Positions 15,201-20,000 of a stretch of 20,000 bases of DNA are shown piece by piece. Under the pieces are notes generated by a model. That model saw nothing but the letters and a program-made list of their open reading frames with translations, had not been told where the DNA came from and made no database searches. Numbering within the stretch: the stretch's first letter is position 1; each line of letters starts with the position of its first letter. The translations under genes and the position numbers were made by a program. The DNA is from an uncultured virus (IMG/VR IMGVR_UViG_3300018475_000122) (taxonomy: Duplodnaviria > Heunggongvirae > Uroviricota > Caudoviricetes), in IMG/VR virus record IMGVR_UViG_3300018475_000122; one strand, given 5' to 3'.

Positions 15201-16148
15201 ATGGTAGAGCTGGAAAAATACAAGCAGGAATACACGAGCGGCCGCACCGAAGGCAGCAACGCCAAGGCAGACACGTTCCTGTTCAAGGCCCTCTCTCGTG
15301 ATGAGCGGGATTCCCTGCGCACCATGGCCAGCAAGGACCCTGACAAGATGCTTCGCCTACCGCGCCTGCAGGAGATGCTCCGCAGCCTTTCCGATGTTTC
15401 GAGCGAGGAAGGCCGTGCCGAGTACAAAAAGAGCATCGTCACTGCCGCCAAGGCTTCCGGCCTTTCAGACGAGGCCATAGCCAAAGTGCTCGACCAGGGC
15501 AGCCTGCGCGCAAGCGACATCGAGGCCCTCGGCATCAGCCGTGAAGATGCGGAAAAGCTCATCGGCTACGGCAACAAGATGTACGACGGTTCTCTGCTTT
15601 TTCACAACGAAGGCAGTATTCTCGGACGTGAGAAGAAGCTGGACTCCGTGGGCTTCGGCGCTGGCGACGACTACATGGAGGACTGGTTCTCCGACCAGCT
15701 CACCCGACACGCCATCGAGCAGAAGGAAACCCTCCTCCGCTACGGTGTGAAGGACTTCGAGGAGCTTCGCAAGCCCGAGGTACTGCGCCGTGTACGGCAG
15801 GAGATAGGCAAGTTCGGCTCCGTAGAAGAAAAGAACTGGATACGCGATGTCGTCAGCGGGAAGACCGCGCTTGAATCGTCCATCAGCCTCAGCCCCCTCA
15901 AGGCAGGAGCCGCGGCCGACAGCCGCTCCGGCGCGGTGGCTGGCTCAGGAGCGTTCGAAGAAATGTGGGCCGCCATAGGCAAGGGCGCTCAGGCCTCGAA
16001 AAAAGCCTCGGACGAAGCCCTCAGGGAACTCCCGAGCGTACTCAACAGCCTGAATACCACGCTCACCAACATGGACAGCACGCTGAAGCGCATGGACAAG
16101 AGCGCCCCGGCAGAAAAGAAGTCCGGCTGGAAACCCTTCGGAGCCTAA
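12288..16148 (+). CDS. Tape measure protein (1286 aa) with an internal lysozyme-like domain
   Basis: Longest ORF, directly after the frameshifting chaperone. Ala/Gly/Met-rich helical sequence. Internal EHGGKG...IS...DGGGSSFGELQF motif near residue 601. Confidence 0.85.
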   Translation: MITSEQQPLFTQNDPLAIQFLSRGGMGYMPQAQFLTPSEYGAFRTVPAARTNDFLNQDPGILQSYLIRSRGSLFGLPEYTFNTYNPVANQQLYMSQIRRSSYDQLAAMGASGTSIAASMALTAPFGLLPGLAMGMLMPDLAAPFVNRVRDTRAMQNATMSRIVGGPQMNAVTGMGFNAAAAHDIGRGMRISAAEDVLFKQGDYQKLMQLGIEAGMFDYSSTSAQYKDTLRKLRNSMTTFMEVVGSTDFKDIMQDMKRLQTMGASASQFMGIARAENMFARMAGMNHADMVNTYGQQGALIYAQAGLNNYQGSLQAMSNAAAVSMAQRMGILRPSEVARFGGISGMAQTITQQDAAASSRIRELLLSYLVNDSMDGLDPNVDLMDLLSSPNPLQRMSSRAGRLGNKENMLKFEANTAQLYGQVIDKYGQDNVIGAVAHAMGHASGIVDDPRMAMQSGLRMLGYDPEMARQKSTMMFNEDFQAQRQREARIHRQKMYEEHALAQNPFRRFGRWIDTSITKVFENTFGEAARSYTNWQEKRDAAESGIVYAPHTGVEYSGADIARRLRAAGTLYENTGTDGVWTGTVADPEEFRKRISGGVYGEHGGKGMNAISFRVGKNGVPTTRGRDGGGSSFGELQFRTDNTVAFIRSDADLKQRFKDAGFDVDADAAAVENTRLAIKFGNYSAASREDWAALERLQKAWGVVNKSEGFDTKYFTFGRNLTWNNGFMRTEGNEAFKNSEAWRRVLFPIANHAGGEGLNKVLTKATENMNVEEMMASAEGRKTLLDSIYKTFTKKYEGFKSRYELGGAQYQWSLAQLESLEPENQRERTYFQREQEKAAKRADYVVGKIIGKHGYSGMDLNYSMGKARAKDYSVESGMDVLRASFAEYGFNDSDITDILSNAEVATAKTSKDVRDALRDSIVEKMGGGILGSVRATDLLNKNPHLMRDLMTVKYASASQEERTAMEKAASDYMVELEKYKQEYTSGRTEGSNAKADTFLFKALSRDERDSLRTMASKDPDKMLRLPRLQEMLRSLSDVSSEEGRAEYKKSIVTAAKASGLSDEAIAKVLDQGSLRASDIEALGISREDAEKLIGYGNKMYDGSLLFHNEGSILGREKKLDSVGFGAGDDYMEDWFSDQLTRHAIEQKETLLRYGVKDFEELRKPEVLRRVRQEIGKFGSVEEKNWIRDVVSGKTALESSISLSPLKAGAAADSRSGAVAGSGAFEEMWAAIGKGAQASKKASDEALRELPSVLNSLNTTLTNMDSTLKRMDKSAPAEKKSGWKPFGA

Positions 16149-16151
16149 CCC

Positions 16152-16823
16152 ATGTTCGAAGAAAAATACTCCGTTTTCGACAAGGGCTACCTCGACGTAC
16201 CCAAGTCCAGCACGTTCGAGTTCAGAGAAAAGGCCTTCTTCCGGCTCAACAAGCCGGGGGCCCTTGCCATCTCGCTTGGCGACGAACTCAGCCTTGTCGA
16301 TAAAAACGTCTTCCGGCGCGATGGCTTCTGGCAGCTCATCATCTCCAGCATCCGCGAAGAACACGGGGAACGCCACAGTGTGCAGAACACCCTTTCCAAC
16401 AGCGTTTCCGTGTTCTCGCTGGGGGCCAACCCCGTCAAGGTAGCCATCGAAGGGCTCATGCTCATGGACGGCACTACCGACCATCTGGCCCAGTTCTTCG
16501 AGCTGTACGTTAAAATGCTGCGGGCAAAACGCCTCAAGGAAGACGGGCGCGTGCTGGAATTCCACCTCAAGGACACTTCGTTCCGCCTGCTTATCGACAC
16601 TATCACCGTCAGCCACAGTACCGAGATAGACGGCTACGCTTCCGTAAGCATCCAGGGCATAGCGTACCACTACTCCCTGAACGGTTTTTCCACAGGTCTG
16701 AACCTCGGCTACTACGGCAGGAACGACAGCGTACCCACAGGCAAGACCACGCCTGAAGAAAAGCCCGAGGCAGAAAACAAGCCCAAGGAAGACGAAATAT
16801 CTGTGGTCAAAGGCAAAGAATGA
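16152..16823 (+). CDS. Putative baseplate/tail tube initiator protein (223 aa)
   Basis: Follows the tape measure. Tube-fold-like pattern ERHSVQNTL...VFSLGANPVKVAIEGLML. Confidence 0.55.
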   Translation: MFEEKYSVFDKGYLDVPKSSTFEFREKAFFRLNKPGALAISLGDELSLVDKNVFRRDGFWQLIISSIREEHGERHSVQNTLSNSVSVFSLGANPVKVAIEGLMLMDGTTDHLAQFFELYVKMLRAKRLKEDGRVLEFHLKDTSFRLLIDTITVSHSTEIDGYASVSIQGIAYHYSLNGFSTGLNLGYYGRNDSVPTGKTTPEEKPEAENKPKEDEISVVKGKE

Positions 16824-17422
16824 TGACGTCAAAGGAAATATCCGATTCTCTCATAGCCACAGGTTCCATCACCAGCAAGGAGGACTTCAGCGGCAGGGCC
16901 GTGTTCTACGCTTCTGTGCGCGAAACGAAGCCCATCCCTCTGGACCTCCTCATCCATTCCGTGGACTTCACGCTTTCGGAGTACCTGCAGGTAAGCCCGC
17001 ACATCGGGTCGTTCTTCGGCGCAAAAAGCCTTGGCTGGGAACCCATGATAGCCAACGTGTCCGCCACGCTCATGGACGGTGCCTACAACTACGGCAAGGA
17101 ATCCCTCATGGATGCCTACCGCAACGTGCTCCGCCTTGAGGCTGTAGCCCGCACGGGGCAGGTACCTGTGCTCAAGTGCCTCAATTCCGCACTGGCAGGG
17201 CCCGTCATCTCCCTGTCCCTCACGGAAAACAGTGAACAGGACGACAATATCACCGTCAATCTTTCCATACTGGTCATGATCGTGTCTATCACCAGCGGCG
17301 AAAGCGTCATCACGGCGGATTACCTTCACGGCTCTCCCTCGGTGGATGACGTATCCAAAACCTCGCAAGTGCCTAAAAACGCCATCGTGCAGGATGTTAC
17401 CGTAACCAATCAGAAGGGGTAG
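16820..17422 (+). CDS. Putative baseplate/tail tube initiator protein, likely paralog of the upstream gene (200 aa)
   Basis: ATGA overlap. SLGWEPMIANVSATLMDG...YRNVLR aligns with SLGANPVKVAIEGLMLMDG...YVKMLR of 16152-16823. Confidence 0.55.
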   Translation: MMTSKEISDSLIATGSITSKEDFSGRAVFYASVRETKPIPLDLLIHSVDFTLSEYLQVSPHIGSFFGAKSLGWEPMIANVSATLMDGAYNYGKESLMDAYRNVLRLEAVARTGQVPVLKCLNSALAGPVISLSLTENSEQDDNITVNLSILVMIVSITSGESVITADYLHGSPSVDDVSKTSQVPKNAIVQDVTVTNQKG

Positions 17423-17424
17423 CC

Positions 17425-19671
17425 ATGAGCTCCGATCTCGCGCAGAAAACCAAGGAGACCAGCTCCTTCAATCTCAACGGCGTCAAGTCCGGCTCCAACA
17501 TCTTCCTCACGGACATCCGCCTCTTCGTGGCGGGCATCCGTATGCCCATCAGCTCGCTGGAAATAAACTCCGTGTACGGCCAGCTGCCCACGGCAGAGTT
17601 CACTATGCCTTCCGATACGCGCCTTCTCCCGCTCGGCCGTATGGACCGCATCCCCGTGCACATCTTCGTGCGCGAGACCATGGCTGAATCGCCGAGCTTC
17701 GTGCTCATGTTCGAGGGCTACATCACCGCACGCCAGTACGTGAACAGCGCCATCCAGCGCTCCATGTCGTTCTCTGCCGTGTCCTGCTTCGACATACTCA
17801 ACGATACGAAGTTCCGCTTCCTCCGGCAGATAGAAGAGATCTTCATGTCCAGTGCGGCAGGCATGGCCGATAAGGAAGTGCAGATAACCGTACCGGCCCT
17901 CAACTTCCCCCAGTGCCTGTTCCAGCCTAACCTCGGCATGAACAAGGACTCGGCCGACTACATGGTGGGCTGCCCTACGGAATACCTCGAAAACGTGTAC
18001 GGCTTCGTACACGATTCCGGCGAGTACGGCAGCAGCGCCTACAACTCTTCTGTCATGGCCTCGTACTACGCCAATTTCGCCCGCAACCTGCGCCTCATGC
18101 GACGCTACGAGCCACTGCCCTACTTTGACGATGTGGAAGGAAAAAGCGTGAAGGACATCCACTCTACCACGTCCAACGCAAGCACCGCTTTCCCCATCCT
18201 TTACGGGCAGAGCACACAGCAGGCCATCGCACGGCTCATGAACCAGACGGAACGCGCACCAGAGGTCATGTCCCCCATGGATATGCTCACCTTCGTGCTC
18301 GATTCTCTGGAATACGAATACCTCTGCATCACCAACCCGGCCTATCACACCAAGGAAGGTGACAAAAACCACGCCGGTTCCCGTCTCGTGTCCTCCTGCC
18401 TCAAGCCCCTGCTTCAGGACACCATGCCCCCGCAGTGCAATGTCATGTTCCGCTCACAGGTCACTCGCATCCAGAGCCAGGAAGACTTTGCCCGCGTTCC
18501 CACCCGTGTGCAGGTGTTCGACCCTTACGGCCCTCTTGCCAAGCTCACGTCCGGCGTGGCGCAGAGCCTGCTGGCCAAGTACGGTACCATCCAGTACTAC
18601 CCATCGGAAAAATACGCGAATTTTGCACCAGGCAGTACTGAAGCCGTGTTCCTCAACAGCTTTTCTTCCGAGCTTCTGGAGTCTGAAAAGCATACCGGCC
18701 CATGGGTGCACGAGGTGAATACGCCCCCGTGGTTCGCCTACACGCAGGCGGCCTCGCAGTCCTCAGGGGAAGACAAGAAGGATGAAGAAGTGGCACTGCT
18801 CGAATGTCGGGCCAAGGAACGCTTCTGCCGCCGCCAGCTCCTCAATTCCAAGTACCTTGGCTGCCAGCTCTTTGTGGAGTCCATGTTCGACCCGTACATC
18901 ACCCCTGGGTTCCCCGGCGTGGTGTTCGACTCCGAAGATACCGGTTTCGCCTTTGCCGGGCACGTCATCTCAGTATCCCACTACTTCGATGAATCAAGCG
19001 CTTCCACCACGGTAACGATGAACTTCGTGCGCCATCTCGACGAAGCCTGCGACGTGGAAATACCCAACCCGCTGGACAGTGTGCAGGATGTTACCCACAA
19101 CAAGGAAAATATCACCGACATCTACCAGACCCTCCTCGGCAGCCCCGAAGCCTTTACGGAGATCAAGGATAAGGATGGCAAGGTGGAAAAGCGCTACGCC
19201 GTCAACGGCGCCAACGCCGTAAAATTCGACGAGCTTCGCAAGAGCTTTTCTACCGATGAGGAATCCGCCACCAGCCCGCAGAACAACCCGCAGTACGCCT
19301 ACCGCTACAAAAGGCGCAATATCTGCACCTTTGAGGACTACCTCAAGTTCATGAACTTCGTACCCAAGAAGAAGGGCGACGGGCCTGAAGGCTCCGAAAC
19401 CATCCTTTCCATCGGGTGCGACGTGAAGGCCGCTCTTCCAAACACCATGCTGGAAGACCGTGCACGCCTCGGCCGGTACTACGGCGCAGGCGGTGCCAGA
19501 GACATCATTCCCAGCAATGAACAGGTAGGCAAAAAGCCCGAAGAAAAGAAGGAAGCACCAGCAGAGCAGAAAAACAGCGAGGAAGACATCCTTGCCAAGT
19601 TCGACACCTCTGTGCGCGACACCCTGTTCGACGTAGCGTCCAAGGATTTCAAGCGCTACATTTACGTCTGA
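17425..19671 (+). CDS. Putative baseplate hub protein (gp27/gpD-like, 748 aa)
   Basis: N-terminal IRLFVAGIRMPISSLEI...LMFEGYI and C-terminal FDPYITPGFPGVVFD...GHVISVSHYF...TTVTMNFVR, characteristic of hub beta-barrels. Position also fits. Confidence 0.7.
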   Translation: MSSDLAQKTKETSSFNLNGVKSGSNIFLTDIRLFVAGIRMPISSLEINSVYGQLPTAEFTMPSDTRLLPLGRMDRIPVHIFVRETMAESPSFVLMFEGYITARQYVNSAIQRSMSFSAVSCFDILNDTKFRFLRQIEEIFMSSAAGMADKEVQITVPALNFPQCLFQPNLGMNKDSADYMVGCPTEYLENVYGFVHDSGEYGSSAYNSSVMASYYANFARNLRLMRRYEPLPYFDDVEGKSVKDIHSTTSNASTAFPILYGQSTQQAIARLMNQTERAPEVMSPMDMLTFVLDSLEYEYLCITNPAYHTKEGDKNHAGSRLVSSCLKPLLQDTMPPQCNVMFRSQVTRIQSQEDFARVPTRVQVFDPYGPLAKLTSGVAQSLLAKYGTIQYYPSEKYANFAPGSTEAVFLNSFSSELLESEKHTGPWVHEVNTPPWFAYTQAASQSSGEDKKDEEVALLECRAKERFCRRQLLNSKYLGCQLFVESMFDPYITPGFPGVVFDSEDTGFAFAGHVISVSHYFDESSASTTVTMNFVRHLDEACDVEIPNPLDSVQDVTHNKENITDIYQTLLGSPEAFTEIKDKDGKVEKRYAVNGANAVKFDELRKSFSTDEESATSPQNNPQYAYRYKRRNICTFEDYLKFMNFVPKKKGDGPEGSETILSIGCDVKAALPNTMLEDRARLGRYYGAGGARDIIPSNEQVGKKPEEKKEAPAEQKNSEEDILAKFDTSVRDTLFDVASKDFKRYIYV

Positions 19672-19678
19672 TCCCCAG

Positions 19679-19706
19679 CCAATATTTAAAAGTATTGGTC
19701 AGGAGA
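19679..19706 (+). promoter_or_regulatory. Putative late promoter/operator, copy 3 (CCAATA tttaaaag TATTGG tcagg), adjoining the SD
   Basis: CAATATTT at 19680-19687, within a perfect 6-bp inverted repeat CCAATA/TATTGG, followed by the AGGAG SD. Confidence 0.55.
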
Positions 19707-19710
19707 AGTT

Positions 19711-20000
19711 ATGGCTACGGTAAATTCGGCATTTCAGGCGGACGACATCGCCCTTTGGAAAAAGTACAAGGCTCAGCCCACCATCGCAAACCGCACTGCG
19801 CTTGCCAAGCGCTTTGACGGCGTCATTCAGTCACAGGTGAACAAGTGGGCGGGCCCGGTTTCGCGCGATGTTCTGCTCAACGAAGCAAAGCTCCTTGCCT
19901 ACAAAGCCTTCGATACGTACTCGCCCACCGGCGGCGCGGCACTGGCAACCCACGTTACCAACTGCCTGCTCCCCCTTTCCCGCATCGTGTACACGTACCA
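19711..20000 (+). CDS. Sigma70-family-like factor, N-terminal part (runs off the window; not in the ORF track)
   Basis: AGGAG SD. Translation MATVNSAFQADDIALWKKYKAQPTIANRTALAKRFDGVIQSQVNKWAGPVSRDVLLNEAKLLAYKAFDTYSPTGGAALATHVTNCLLPLSRIVYTY resembles FliA/SigF-type region 1.2-2 (LWxxYK...R..L...DL..E....L..A...FDP..G..F.TY). Confidence 0.7.
   Translation, partial: MATVNSAFQADDIALWKKYKAQPTIANRTALAKRFDGVIQSQVNKWAGPVSRDVLLNEAKLLAYKAFDTYSPTGGAALATHVTNCLLPLSRIVYTY

Noticed and set aside
4527..16154. In-frame TAA-NCC-ATG junctions (4527, 5540, 16146) as readthrough fusions
   Set aside because: TAA is the least leaky stop, the equivalent TAG junctions are out of frame, and the separate products have the expected sizes.
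8158..17422. Stop-codon reassignment (TAG or TGA) as seen in some large phages
   Set aside because: Genes are full length in code 11. TAG stops are followed by out-of-frame starts or a nearby in-frame stop.

Overview
This window is the virion morphogenesis operon of a large contractile-tailed (myovirus-like) dsDNA phage or prophage. It is GC-rich, uses the standard genetic code, and is coded almost entirely on the + strand. Gene order: a partial Gly/Ala-rich head-region gene; a bidirectional terminator; a small divergent membrane-protein gene; an acidic scaffold-like protein and three tiny coupled ORFs (two missing from the ORF track); decoration protein; a compact 304-aa major capsid protein; a Pro-rich small protein; head-tail adaptor; Zn-finger head-closure protein; tail terminator; sheath; tube; gp5-like spike; an unknown 285-aa protein; PAAR; a tail assembly chaperone with a -1 frameshift; a tape measure protein with an embedded muramidase-like domain; two tube-initiator-like proteins; a baseplate hub; and the 5' end of a sigma70-like gene. 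The most notable signals are (1) a recurring K-x-A-[A/S] motif across head-module proteins, a candidate protease-cleavage or capsid-loading code, (2) a CAATATTT semi-palindromic element in front of three modules, including the sigma-like gene, (3) a slippery heptamer with a stimulator hairpin, and (4) a VgrG3-like hydrolase signature in the tape measure. All calls come from motifs and synteny read by eye; no database searches were run.
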